From NCBI RefSeq assembly GCF_006345805.1, contig NC_043000.1, positions 41,416,001 to 41,480,000 on the forward strand: a stretch of 64,000 bases of DNA. The letters run 5' to 3'. The DNA comes from Octopus sinensis. Its lineage: Eukaryota. This document shows, piece after piece, positions 12,780 through 25,258 of this stretch. Position 1 is the first letter of the stretch; the number at the start of each line of letters is the position of its first letter. The notes beneath the pieces are model-generated. The model had not been told where the DNA came from. It worked only from the letters and a program-made list of their open reading frames with translations, and searched no databases. Made by a program: the position numbers and the translations under genes.

Positions 12780-13580
12780 ACCAGGTTTCGAAGCAAAGAA
12801 ATACCCAATATAATTTAGAATCTCTTTGTAATTAATGAATTTTTTACCCTTAAAAAATATTGTAATGATCTAAAGGTCAAGAGGGTGAAGCGGATGAAGA
12901 AAACTTCCATATTTAGTGTCATAATTGTTTCCTGGGTTTAATTTGGCAATATATCGTCTTGTGTTTAACTTCACGTTTAACTGACGATGGGGGCTTTTAC
13001 TGCAAATATTTGTGCATTGCTTTCAATTGGCGACATTGTGTCTCCATATTATATTTCATTTTGGTTTAACACTTCGTTATTGACAAGTCCTTCATATTCC
13101 ACCGAACACAGAGCATAACTTGTTTTTGGATGTAGTTCTGGCTTAGGAACAATTTCTCCATTTCCATTTGGTGTTAAGCATAGATGTTTTCGTTGGATAT
13201 GATTAGAGAGAACCCACTTTCCATCATTTCACCTAGGAATTAGGCGATAGCGAGTGTACACTTCAAAGAGGAGCTTTGATTAAGCTAAAAAGTAGTCAGA
13301 TGATGAATGAACGACTGAGCAAGTTTAGGTACTTTTCCTTGTTCATAAAATTGTTTTATGATTGGAGTATGACTTGAATTCTTTTGCTATTTCTCGTGCA
13401 GTTTGATTCAGATTTTACTCAACTCCGGTATTCAGAGGCACAATATTGACAGAACTTTGTTGTCCAAATAGATGGGAATCTGCGAGAGAATAATTACCAG
13501 AGCGAAACTAGCCAAATTATCATTGACATAGAGTTGCTACTTAAAGTTTCATTTCCATTGACAGAACGAATATTTTTTAC
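12780..13580 (-). pseudogene. Highly degenerate mariner transposase relic
   Basis: Minus strand gives DGKWVL, KPELHPK..MLCVRWN and HPLHPLDL (HPPYSPDL-like) fragments with many stops and frameshifts. Confidence 0.65.
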
Positions 13581-13954
13581 CATCTCCTTGACTGAAAAAA
13601 AAAAGACAAAAAAGACTTTGAATTCATACATTATGCAGTGACTTATATGCGTTTGATCGAAACTAATTCTAGATGAGTCGACTTAATCACTATTGTATAA
13701 AATGATCAGCAAATAAAGGGCGGAAAAGTGAAAGAATGTAAAAGTAAAAACTTATTTTATTGGAAGTAGGCTCAAGAGTGGCTGTAGGGTAAGTAGCTTG
13801 CTTACCAACCACATGGTTCCGGGTTCATTTCTACTGCGTGGTACTATGGGTAAGTGTCTTCTACTATAGCTTCGGGCCGACCAAAGCTTTGTGAATGGAT
13901 TTGGTAGACGGAAACTGAAAGAAGCCCCTCGTATATATGTATATGTATATATAT

Positions 13955-14140
13955 AACGGGAAGCTTTATGAAAATAAACAAAAGACGAAGGCAGGTGGAA
14001 TACAAACAAACAATTGTATTAGTATGGCGCTCAGGAATATAAATAAAACAAGTCTTTTACGTTTCGAGCCTACGCTCTTCATTAGAAAGATACACAGAAA
14101 GAAACAAGGAGAAAAAAAAATGCGTGCAGAGGCTAGCGAA
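13955..14140 (-). mobile_element. Small PLE-like hammerhead cassette (family H1, copy 1)
   Basis: Near-identical to 46938-47130; inserted in the (TA)n of the S1 SINE. Confidence 0.75.
14053..14090 (-). ncRNA. Minimal type I hammerhead ribozyme motif (core variant CUAAUGA)
   Basis: Minus strand tcttt-CTAATGA-A-GAGC gtag GCTC-GAAAC-GTA-aaaga: 5-bp stem I, 4-bp stem II, palindromic ACGT stem III; G5 is mutated. Confidence 0.7.
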
Positions 14141-15224
14141 TATATATATATGTGTGTTTATATATATGTGTGTATATGTTTGTGTGCCTGTGGTTGTCCT
14201 CCCCAACATCGCTTGACAACCGATGGTGGTGTGTTTGCGCCCCCGTAACTTAGCGGTTCGGCAAAACAGACCGATAGAATAAGTACTAGGCTTACAAAGA
14301 ATAAGTCCTGGGGTCTATTTGCTCGACTAAATGCGGTGCTCCAGCATGGCCGCAGTCAAATGACTGAAACAAGTAAAAGAGTCAAAGAGTGAAAGAGTAT
14401 TAAAAAATTACACCTTCAAAATGAATTTGCCAAAATTGCAACAGGACTTTCTTTCCAACGAATTATGTATGCCTATATATAAGCATACGCATAAGTATGA
14501 CGTGATTCTACACAGTTTTAGTTATCTGAATTTCATACATATACGTTAGTGAAGACAGTGGACCAAATTGCAGCGCATTTGTTGCGAAATGTGTATTTTA
14601 AGCCCCGAGGCAAACTATCGATACATATTCTTACCAATATACATGCACAGTGCGTGTGCGCCATCACTTGATTTTAGAGATACATTCATATACAATTATG
14701 TATCTTTAACATACTCCTAGATTCTGTCTATTTGAGAACCATATGCTAATGTTGGTGCTGATATACTTACCATACTGAGACCAGGAAAATATTTACAACT
14801 AAGGACTTTAGAAAAGAGCATAAGTGTTTAAATTCATAAGAAATATGTTATAAATATGCTATAAATAAGAATTTCTTATAAATAAGAAATATCATAATAG
14901 CATATTTCTTATAAACAAGAAATATGTTATAATAAATCAGTATATAAACAGACAAGCTCTTATAGGGAAAAATCATAGACAAAAATTTAAAATGTTCATA
15001 TACTATGCCTATACAAGCATATATGAAAAAGTATAGATATGAAAGCATTCATGTATACATGTATATATCTGTATGTGAGTCTGTATGTGTGTATGTATGT
15101 GCATTGAAAGATTTGTTGTGGTATGGATATGAACTCAAAATAGTTGTCAGCTAACACATACATACAACACACACGCGCACACACGTACTCACACACACAC
15201 ACACGCGCACATACATATATATAT

Positions 15225-15640
15225 ACTCTTTTACTCTTTTACTCTTTTACTTGTTTCAGTCATTTGACTGCGGCCATGCTGGAGCACCGCCTTTAATCGA
15301 GCAGCTCGACCCCGGGACTTATTCTTTTGTAAGCCCAGTACTTATTCTATCGGTCTCTTTTTGCCGAACCGCTAAGTAACGGGGACATAAACACACCAGC
15401 ATCGGTTGTCAAGCAATGCTAGGGGGACAAACACAGACACACAAACACACACACATATATATATATATACATATATACTACGGGCTTCTTTCAGTTTCCG
15501 TCTACCAAATCCACTCACAAGGCTTTGGTCGGCCCGAGGCTATAGTAGAAGACACTAACTCAAGATGCCACGCAGTAGGACTGAACCCGGAACCATGTGG
15601 TTGGTAAACAAGCTACTTACCACACAGCCACTCCTGCGCC
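15225..15640 (-). mobile_element. S1 SINE, full length
   Basis: Reverse complement of the 13769 element, from ggcgcaggagtggctgtgtgg to the (aagagta)n tail. Confidence 0.92.
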
Positions 15641-15767
15641 TATATGTATACATATTTATATATATACATAGATACAAGCACAAGTACATACATATATATA
15701 TATATATATATGATATATATATATATATAATATATATATATATATATGTATATATATTCGTGTGTGT

Positions 15768-15972
15768 GGTGTGTGTGTGTGTTTGTTCCCCTACAATCGC
15801 TTGACAACCGATGTTGGCGTGTTTACGTCCCCATAACTTAGCGGTTCGGCAAAATAGCCCGAGAGAATATATACTAGGCTTACAAAGAATAAGTCCTGGG
15901 GTCGATTTGTTCGACTAAAGGTGGCGCTCCAGTATGGCCGTAGTCAAATGACTGAAACAAGTAAATTAAGGA
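15768..15972 (+). mobile_element. S1 SINE 3' half
   Basis: atcgcttgacaaccgatg...gactgaaacaagtaa. Confidence 0.85.
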
Positions 15973-16012
15973 ATAAAAAATAGACATATGCAAATATGAT
16001 GTATAAATATAT

Positions 16013-16071
<59 letters not shown>

Positions 16072-16496
16072 CACACATACATATACATACATATATAAAT
16101 AGATACACACACACACACATATATATATATACATACATACATATACATGCATGCATACATGCATACATACATATGTAAATAGATACACACACACATACTT
16201 ATATATGCATGTGTACGTATGTATAATACATTAGTATTCAAATGGTTAAGCGTATTATAAATAAAGCAATCTTATTAAAAACACTACTAAATTCAGTCAA
16301 TAAAAACAAAGACTAATTCAGACAAACGCAGGTTAACAAAAGCAAAACAAAGCAAAAACAAACAAAATAGAAAGTAGTAAATGGTAGATACTTCCGTAAA
16401 ACAAATAATCAGAAGAGAGATATCAAACAAGATAATTACTATAACAAACACTGAATAATCTGACTTACACACCAGCTGCAGCGTAACGTTGGTAAA

Positions 16497-16515
16497 GGTG
16501 GTGGTGGTGGTGGTG

Positions 16516-16546
<31 letters not shown>

Positions 16547-16564
16547 CAGCAGCAGCAGCAGCAT

Positions 16565-16621
<57 letters not shown>

Positions 16622-16815
16622 AGATTTGTTTATTGGTCACGGGAACAGCAGATGAGGGACACCACGGGGCGACCACACAAAAATAATGTGAGAGGAGGGC
16701 ACGGCACGAGACAAGAAAGAAGAAGAAGAAGAAGAAGAAGAAGAAGAAGAAGAAGAAGAAGAAGAAGAAGAAGAAGAAGAAGAAAAGAAGAAGAAGGAGG
16801 AGGAGGAGGAGGAGG
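16497..16815. repeat. Compound trinucleotide microsatellites (GGT)n(AGT)n(AGC)n and (GAA)n(GGA)n
   Basis: Direct reading; source of the poly-V/T/R/F ORFs. Confidence 0.95.
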
Positions 16816-17988
16816 GGGACTGGAGAAACACACCCTAGGGACATGCTCTGCAGGATAACAATATTGTACGGCAAAATCTAACATACTTAATGTAGTGAGC
16901 TAAGAAATTTTAGCTAAATATAGCAATAACTATGACAATGCTTTCTTCGCTGATGAGGTGTAATAATACCGAAACATTTTCATATTTGTCATCACATTGC
17001 CATTATCAAATTCACTCCTTACATTATTGTCTTCAATCCAATTTATAATTAATTTTGTTAAAACATCGGCATCGTCTCCTCTACCACTATCGATAAGAAA
17101 TTATCTGTTAAGCTAGTAATACTTTGCATCATCACGTATATAATTTTAATTAATTACAGCTCTTAATTCATTGGAGTAAATATATTGTTACTGACCTTAC
17201 CATAAGCAGTATTTCCTTACCGTTTTACTTTTGGGGAATTCTTGAAATAAATTTCATGTCTCTGGAGCCTCTGCATAAACATTATATATCATTGATCATT
17301 AAAGTTGAATTCCACAATGGATGGAAGAGATCTTAAAATTGTCCTTGAAATGTTTGGTAGCACTAAATCCATCAGACATCAGAAAGAAGGATTAAGAAAG
17401 TTTGTCTTATCTAAGACCCTGTTTAGACCAAATTCCTCTACAATTCCACTAAGGGTGTACTTGCTATGTATAGATATCAGGATTTCCCTACTTTACGGAA
17501 TATGCCATGCATATACAATGAAGATGCGAACACAGAATCAAAGATAACATTGACACAAAGAAGCTTTAGCATCATAAAATTAGCGTTATTTACATTTTAT
17601 AAAATCCTTAATAACTTCTGCTGAACCCTCGGGTTCTGAGAAAACCTCGCTGACAAGTGCTGTAAGCAAATTTAAGTCTTGTTATTGACACAATATATGT
17701 ACGATACCGATTGAGTCAGTCGGGGTTACAAGTTCGGCTGGATTAACTGGTTTCGTATATCCATTTGCTGTTGACTGTCGGAAGGAAGAGTACTCAATAC
17801 AATACTTGAGATTAATAATATTTTTATTTTGCTTCGAAGAGCATCTTGCTACTCTGGATCTTTACCTATGAGCTCAGAGGACCATGGAAGAAACATAACA
17901 TGCCTACTGACACTGTGAAAACACAGGCGAAACTTCATAGCAACTAAAGATTGATTCAACCAACAATACATACAAAACGTTCATATTA

Positions 17989-19242
17989 TTATGTTGGCAA
18001 GAAAATAATTTCGTTTTTCGCAAATAGCGTTACAATTTTTTGACTGACTTTTGTCAATGTTATGATGTTTTCCTTTTGACATTTGATAGCCGTTACTTTT
18101 AGCTTACTTTAGAAGCAAAATGCGCAAAATTTTGTTTAGAGCTTCAGTGTCAATTTTAACATAGAGTGCAGAAACGAGCATTTTAACATAGAGTGCAGAA
18201 ATGATCATCTTCGCCATATTTTGCTTTTTTTGTTTCCGTAAAGGCAAGAAAGCCGCTGAGGCTCACGAAGAGATATGTGAAATTTATGGTGTTGATTAGT
18301 TAACAGAACGCACGTAACAGAAATGGTTAAAAAATTCCGTTCTGGAGATTTTTCACTCAAAGATGACCAACATTCTGGTCGACCGAATCAAAGCCATAAT
18401 TGAATCTGATTGTCATATAAGTGTGAGAAAGGTTTCAGAGAGGTTAAATGCATCACAAAGAACAATTGAAAATCATTAAAATGTCATGGACTCATTAAGA
18501 AGCTTGATATTTGGGTTCCTCATAAATTGAAAGAGATTCACTAGCACAACGAATCAACATTTGCGAATCTTTATTAAGATATGCATCTTAAACGCAATGA
18601 AATTGACACTTTTTTTTTAATGAATCATCACTGGTGATGAAAAATGGATTGTCTACAATGTACAATAACCTCAATCGAAAACGATCGTGATCCAAATGTA
18701 ATGAACCTGCTCAAACCACATCAAAAGCTGAATTGCATAACAAAAAGGCCATACTGTGGGATTACAAAGGTATTGTGTATTTTGAACTGCTTTCAAGGAA
18801 CCAAACGATCAATTCAGATGTTTGCTGTCAACAACTAATGAAACTGAAAGAAGCAATCAAAGAAAAACGGCCAAAATTGGCAAATCATAAAGGAATCATG
18901 TTCCACCATGACAACGCTAAACCACACATGCCTTTGCTAACTCGTGAAAAATTATTGGAGCTTGGTTGGGAGGTGAAGTCACATCCACCATATAGCCCTG
19001 GCATTGCACCATCAGATTACCATTTATTTCGAAGTTTGCAATGGTAAAACTTTCAATAATAATGATCACCTGAAATCGCACTTGTTTCAGTTTTTGGCTG
19101 ATAAGGACCAGAAGTTCTCTGAGCGCGGAACCATGGAGTTGAGAGAAAGATGGCAAAATGTCACGAACAAAATGGAAAATATGAAAAAAACGACTTTTAT
19201 TTCGCACTAAATAACCGAAATTACTTTCTTGGCAACCCAAAA
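17989..19242 (+). mobile_element. Near full-length defective mariner (mellifera/cecropia-like TIRs)
   Basis: TIRs ttatgttggcaagaaaataatttcg / cgaaattactttcttggcaacccaaaa with TA flanks; ITGDEKW, HHDNAKPH and HPPYSPGIAPSDYHLFRSL motifs; stops and frameshifts; ~1.25 kb. Confidence 0.93.
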
Positions 19243-19249
19243 TATTATA

Positions 19250-19726
19250 TTGGTTTCAAATCTTGGCACTAGGCCAGCAACTTCGGGGAAGGTATCTAGT
19301 CGATAACGTCCACGGCCTCAGTATTCAACTGGTACTTATTTTATCAACCCCGCCGGCTTTTGAAGTCAGAACATAAAGTCTCAAGAAATGCCACTAAGCA
19401 ATTTTTCCAGCGCAGTAATAATTTTGCAAGCTCCCCGCCTTTATATTATATCATATTATATTATATTATATTATATTATATTATATTATATTATATTATA
19501 AATCATATTAAAGTGGCGGGAAGGCAGAATAGTTACCGTTTCGGGCAAAATGTTTAGTGGAATTTCTACCGGATTTTACAGTATCAGGTCAGGTGTCACT
19601 TAAGTCAATTCCGCTGTTCAGCCTTCAAGGGTCGATGAAATAAGTACTAGTTGAATACTGAGATCGATGTCATTGGCTAGTGCTTTCACCACAAAATTTC
19701 AGGTTTTGTGTCTTTAGCAGAAAGAA
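19250..19726. mobile_element. Head-to-head pair of degenerate S2 SINEs (19250-19440 minus, 19512-19726 plus)
   Basis: S2 core motifs in opposite orientations, separated by (TATTA)n. Confidence 0.7.
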
Positions 19727-19969
19727 TGTTATGTGTTTGTGTGTGTGTGTGTGTGTGTGTACACACATACACACATATATATATATAATTGTTTTGCGAA
19801 AGAAGATTGATTTGAAATTCTCTGACAATGTAGAGGTTTGGAATAGTGCTCGAAAGTAACTTGAGACGGAAGATATAAATATGTAATGTGAAGGAACAAA
19901 AGACCTGTTAATTCAATCCGCATATATGTATGCATGTAAATATACATATATATATATATATACATATAT

Positions 19970-20240
19970 CTTTATATATATAAAACTGAGAATGTGTGTG
20001 TGTGTCTGTCTGTCTGTGTGTTTCCCTAAAACTTGAGAACTACACAACCAATTTCATTCAAATTTTACACATGCCTTACTTAGGGTCCATGTAGTTTCAT
20101 GGGCAAAAAGAATGTTCAACTTCTTGCCTAGAGCGAGCCCATAGCAATATCATATCTTCTCCACTATTTCAGTATTACGTGTTAAAAGTGAAACAAAAAT
20201 ATTTCTCTATTTTATGTCAGATGCTTTCACTTTAACAATA
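19970..20240 (+). mobile_element. Non-autonomous Helitron/DINE-1-like fragment
   Basis: tatatatataaaactgag + (gtct)n + accaatttcattcaaattttacaca, the layout typical of HINE/DINE-type elements. Confidence 0.45.
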
Positions 20241-20276
20241 TATATATATATGTATGTATACATGTATGTATGTATA

Positions 20277-20666
20277 TTCTTTTACTTGATTCAATCACTT
20301 GACTGCGGTGTTGCTGGAGCACCGCCTTGCAGGGTTTTAGTCGCACAAATCGACCCTAAGACTTATTTTTTAAAGCCCAGTATTAACTCTATCGGTCTCT
20401 TTTGCTGGACCACTAAGTTACGGGGACATAAGCACACCAACACCGTTTATCAAGTGGTGATAGAGGAAATAAACACAAACGCACACATAAATACACAAGC
20501 ACACACACATACAGGACGGGCTTCTCTCAGTTTACATCTACCAAATCCACTCACAAGACTTTGGTTGTCCCGAGGATATAGTAGAAGACACTTGCTGAAG
20601 ATACCACGCAGTGAAACTGAACCCGGAGCCATGTGGTTGGGAAACAAGCTTCTTACCACACAGCCT
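20277..20666 (-). mobile_element. S1 SINE
   Basis: Reverse-complement S1 head and 3' half. Confidence 0.88.
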
Positions 20667-21199
20667 TCGATGTACGTATGTATGTGTTTGTGTACTGTGT
20701 ATATATATATATTTGCATGTGAGTGTGTGTATACATATATATAATACGATTGTGCGTATGTTCATACATATCTTGGTATATTATAGGTGTATAGGTAACT
20801 AGCTTACGTTAGATAGGCAGGTGAGAGAGATTGAGAATGTGGGTGGATATCTATAGTTAGGGAAAAAATAATAAAAAGATAACTAAAGATAGAAATGAGA
20901 AGAGTGATAGGGTGACGGAAACATTGAGTTTTAATCAACAGGTGGTGATGTTTGACCACAAGCAATAATTAACATCAAAATAGAAAAATAAAAGCAATTT
21001 TCTGTCATTCTCTCTGAATATCTAAATATATCTCTCTATTCTCACCACTAACTGTATCCATCAATTCAAACATATATATATACATACTTAAAAATACATA
21101 CATTTATACACGCACCCATGCATACAAGATGACTGCTCGATGATTTCAAGTAATACTCTCTCTGGATTGTTTTTCTTAATACGTGAGTAGCAAGAATGT

Positions 21200-21560
21200 G
21201 GTTGGTTTTTCAATCCTCTTACAGATCTACACTCTTTTGTTCAGATGAAACAAAGACAGACGACTCTTTCAGCAAATGTTCTGAGTTACCAGCCACTCTG
21301 ACACATGCCTTCACTTCATCGTGGAATTTGTCATTGAGAGTTTTGCCGTTATAGGCTCTAGCCAGCCATAGTGTGCAATACATAACAGAGGCGTTAAAAA
21401 TCAAGAGATACCTGTGGCTTAAGTTTTTTAAGTGAGAAAAGGCCAATCCCACTCTCTAAACAAAGCATGCATTTGTCTAAAAAAAAACTTAACATTATAG
21501 GGTGTAATTGAATTTGCAAGTGTTACATTAATTTTTTCCTTCTAAAAAAATGTCCACATA
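21200..21560 (-). pseudogene. Tc1/mariner C-terminal relic
   Basis: Minus strand ...EVKACVRVAGNSEHLLK resembles the ACV..GG.FEHLL terminus of Tc1/maT transposases. Confidence 0.35.
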
Positions 21561-21749
21561 GAGACAAAAGGTCTACCCTGCCAACTGTTAAATGGCCATT
21601 TACTCAAGTCAGTTCATCCGTTTTTTTTTTTAACAGGCTTTCCTCTTTACCGAGCTAACTTGGTAGGGCTGCCTGTCTATTTACCGAGGGTCCGACCATG
21701 CGACAAGTTTGACTGGGTTACATGTCGACAGTAACACTAAGAGTAACTG

Positions 21750-21800
<51 letters not shown>

Positions 21801-21801
<1 letters not shown>

Positions 21802-22102
21802 CACGTTATCACGTGACCGACCAGTCCATCAGATGCAGTTACACATCGCTGGTCACAATGCGTTCACATTGTTTTAGCCTTCGAATGACGCCACCCCGCT
21901 GGCTAAGCGAGCAGACCAACAGAAGAAAGAGTGGGAGAAAGAGTGGTGAAAGCGTACAGCAGGGATCACCACTCCCTGCCGGAGCCTCGTGGAGCTTTTA
22001 GGTGTTTTCGCTCAATAAACACTCACAACGCCCAGTCTGGGAATCGAAACCGCGATCCTACGACCGCGAGTCCACTGCCCTAACCACTAGGCCATTGCGC
22101 CT

Positions 22103-22104
<2 letters not shown>
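21801..22104 (-). mobile_element. tRNA-derived SINE (family S3), full length
   Basis: Minus strand ggaggcgcaatggcctagtggttaggg (A box)...ggtttcgattccc (B box); matches 33261-33551 and 63080-63270. Confidence 0.92.
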
Positions 22105-22154
<50 letters not shown>

Positions 22155-22157
<3 letters not shown>

Positions 22158-22966
22158 CTTTTATCGCCTTCAATTTGAAGCAATGCATCAGTCCAGAAAC
22201 GTCTTCCACTATTCGAACAGTGCTGAAAAGCGTGATGCTTTTCAGCGTCACCGTCGTTTTTTTCTTCACCTCTTCCACATCTGCAAACTCCGTAGCACCA
22301 GCTTTCGTTTCCAGTGATGACCTTCCAATAAAGGTCTGGATCAACTTTCAACTGTACTTTCAGCTCACGACGCGCATTCAGTCGTGGCTGCTTTTTATCT
22401 TCCGTGTGTCACAAATTTGGCTGCAACTCTTTTCATTCGCAATTCCTCTCTCAAAATTCGTTGGCAGGAGCTCCAGGATACACCACTCAAACCAACAAGC
22501 TCATCAGTTTTTAGGTGACGGTCTTCCAAAATCAGTTCAATTAATTTTCATAATGTTTTCATTCATTTGGGAGGTCAATGGCCGCCCCGAACCAGGTTGG
22601 TCGTCAAGCGATGTGTGACCATTCCTAAAACGTTGAAACCACTGTAAACTTGTGTTTTGCTCATGGCAGTGTCCTTGTAAGCTTTTTGATGCTTGGTAAT
22701 TGTTTCGGCCACCGTTTTTCACCAGCTGAAAACAGAATTTCACAGAAGCACGCTTTTCCTTCGTTTCGGGCATCGCAAAAATCAACGAACAGGGGAGAAG
22801 CACTACAAAACAAGGACGCACCACGTGGTTGTATTATCCCAAATACAACGCCGGTCGACAGACTGATGCCTGAGGACCGCATCAAGTGGATTCTAGTGGC
22901 AGAAGCCTAAACTCCAAAAGGCTTGTCCCACAGAAAATTTTCCGGTTACTTTTTGATATCTCCTTG
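22155..22966 (-). mobile_element. Internally deleted mariner
   Basis: TIR-like caaggagatatcaaaaagtaaccgg; RASVKFCF, QWFQRFRNGHTSLDDQPGSGRP, VITGNESW, then a jump to a C-terminal ..EGDK. Confidence 0.85.
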
Positions 22967-23138
22967 TATACATCCATGCACATATTCATGGACACACACA
23001 CGCATACACACATACACACATACACACACATATATACATGCACATTTGTGTATGTATGTGTGTACATAGATACATGCACACACAACACACACACTCACAC
23101 ACACTCACAAACACTCACACACACTTTCGCATACACAT

Positions 23139-23178
<40 letters not shown>

Positions 23179-23795
23179 ACACACACCAAACAATTATCTT
23201 ATAAACTTCGTTAGCTTACAGCTGTTTCTGCTATAGGATGCAGTAGACTCATACTTGAATGCCTGGGTAACACCTTATAGCCTCATCGCAGCCTGCGCTA
23301 AAGGATACCTACAACATTGGCTGCACTTTCACAATCAGCACCAGGAAAGAACTACTAAGCATCTTAATAATGTAAAGTGTCATCCAAACTTCTTAAAACT
23401 GTGACAGAGAATGAGTTGTGTTGCATCAATGTCAAAACGTTGCTGAAACAACAGCTGCCTTAAAATGTCCTCCAATTTCTACTTTAATTCCTCATGAATT
23501 ACACTGTCGCCAAAAGTATTTTAAATGCCGTTTGAACGATGAAGCATCTTGAATGTTATACCAAAATGCACGCCATAGTCAGAATATATCTACAGTTTTA
23601 AAAATAAGGATTCCAAAATTCTAAAAGTAACAACCCGATGTAAACATAACAGACCAAATATTGTTCTTTACAACAGTTGCAAAAGTTGTATACTGCCAAG
23701 CGGTTTCGAATGCTTCGCCTGAAACAGTAGACAAAGTGAATATCTATTGGGAACTAATGAGAAATTTCATTTGCGTCAGTAAAGAATTTCATTAC

Positions 23796-24030
23796 GGCGG
23801 CGAGCTGGCTGAAACGTTAGCGCGCCGGGCGAAATGCGTAGCCGTATTCGTCTGCCGTTACGTTGTGAGTTCAAATTCCGCCGAGGTCGACTTTACCTTT
23901 TATCCTTTCGGGGTCGATAAATTAAGTACCAGTTACGCACTGGGGTCGATGTAATCGACTTAATACCTATGTCTGTCGTTGTTTGTCCCTTCTATGTTTA
24001 GCCCCTTGTGGGTAATAAAGAAATAGGTAA
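23796..24030 (+). mobile_element. S2 SINE monomer (tail type I)
   Basis: ggcggcgagctggctgaaacgttagc...agccccttgtgggtaataaagaaatagg. Confidence 0.9.
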
Positions 24031-24625
24031 TTAAATCCACTCCTACATTTATCAATATATCACTACATGCATATCCGAAAAATTCAACTTCAATATATAG
24101 CTTTTTCATCACGTAATTTCTAAATCGGAGCTGGTTTCTTCATTCAATAATGTAAGTTTATCTTATAATTCTTCAAGTCACCTAAAGGATGATTTTCTGT
24201 TTTTTTGCGGGGGGAGGGGGGGCTGAGTTAATTAACTTTGAAACCAGCACACGTCCGCCTTTACTAGCGGAATAACCGCATTCCTTTATCATTTGTGTTT
24301 TATGTTTTATCACCTCATTCCCTTTAGTCCACTACTTCAAACTTGTCAATCGCCCCGTATACATATGTTATATGCTTTGAAGAACGTGAAATTGTACCGC
24401 AATTGTACTGTATCGTTTCTCTGTGCATTTTCAACTTCGTTTATTTCTTACGCACATACATGTATACATGCAGATATATATTTTTATGCAACCACATTAG
24501 TATTTACTGTCATGATACCGCTGCATTTGTTTAGACCCAGAAGAGTCACAGTCGAGAAAACTTACCAAAACTATTCCAACTATGACCATCGCATCTATTT
24601 TCTATATGCAAGAAACCAACGATCT

Positions 24626-25258
24626 CATTAAGGCGGCGAGGTGGCAGAATCGTTAGCACGCCAGGCGAAATGCTTAGCGGTATTTCGTCTACCGTCACAT
24701 TCTGAGTTCAAATTGCGTCGAGGTCGACTTTGCCTTTCATCCTTTCGGAGTCGATTAAATAAGTACCAGTTACGCACTGGGTCGATATAATCGACTTAAT
24801 CCGTTTGTTTGTCCTTGTTTGTCCTCTCTGTGTTTAGCCCCTTGTGGGTAGTAAAGAAATAGGTACTTCGTCTGCCGTTACGTTCTGAGTTCAAATTACG
24901 CCGAGGTCGACTTTGCCTTTCATCTTTTCGGGGTCGATAAATTAAGTACCAGTTACGCACTGGGGTCAATGTAATCGACTTAATCCCTCTGCCTGTCTTT
25001 GTTTGTTCCCTCTATGTTTAGCCCATTGTGGGCAATAAAGAAATAAGAAACGTTAGCACGCCGGGCGAAATGCTTAGCAGTATTTCGTCTGCCGCTACGT
25101 TCTGATTTCAACTTCCGCCGTAGTCGACTTTGCCTTTCATCCTTTCGGAGTCGATTAAATAAGTACCAGTTACGAAATGGGGTCGATATAATCATAATCC
25201 GTTTGTGTGTCCTTGTCTGTCTCCTCTGTGAGTAGCCCCTTGTGGGTAGTAAAGAAAG
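24626..25258 (+). mobile_element. S2 SINE trimer with 16-bp TSD
   Basis: Three units; aagaaaccaacgatct at 24610-24625 and 25259-25274. Confidence 0.9.

Larger units (their letters stand above)
13769..14398 (+). mobile_element. S1 SINE (tRNA-like head, internal microsatellite), split by a hammerhead cassette
   Basis: Head gagtggctgtagggtaagtagcttgcttaccaaccacatggttccgggttc; 3' half to gactgaaacaagtaaaagag. Confidence 0.9.

Noticed and set aside
16950-16990. CTGATGA-GGT..ACC-GAAAC…GTC motif
   Set aside because: Core and stem II are good but no proximal stem I can form after the GUC, so it is not called as a ribozyme.
17170-17940. Protein-like unique stretch including ORF 17305-17547
   Set aside because: No recognisable motif in any frame; stops present; cannot assign. 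The partial hammerhead-like string at ~17905-17935 lacks a full core.
21801-22104. tRNA gene call for S3/S1/S2 heads
   Set aside because: A/B boxes are present but they continue into SINE bodies, are multicopy, and I could not fold a complete cloverleaf.
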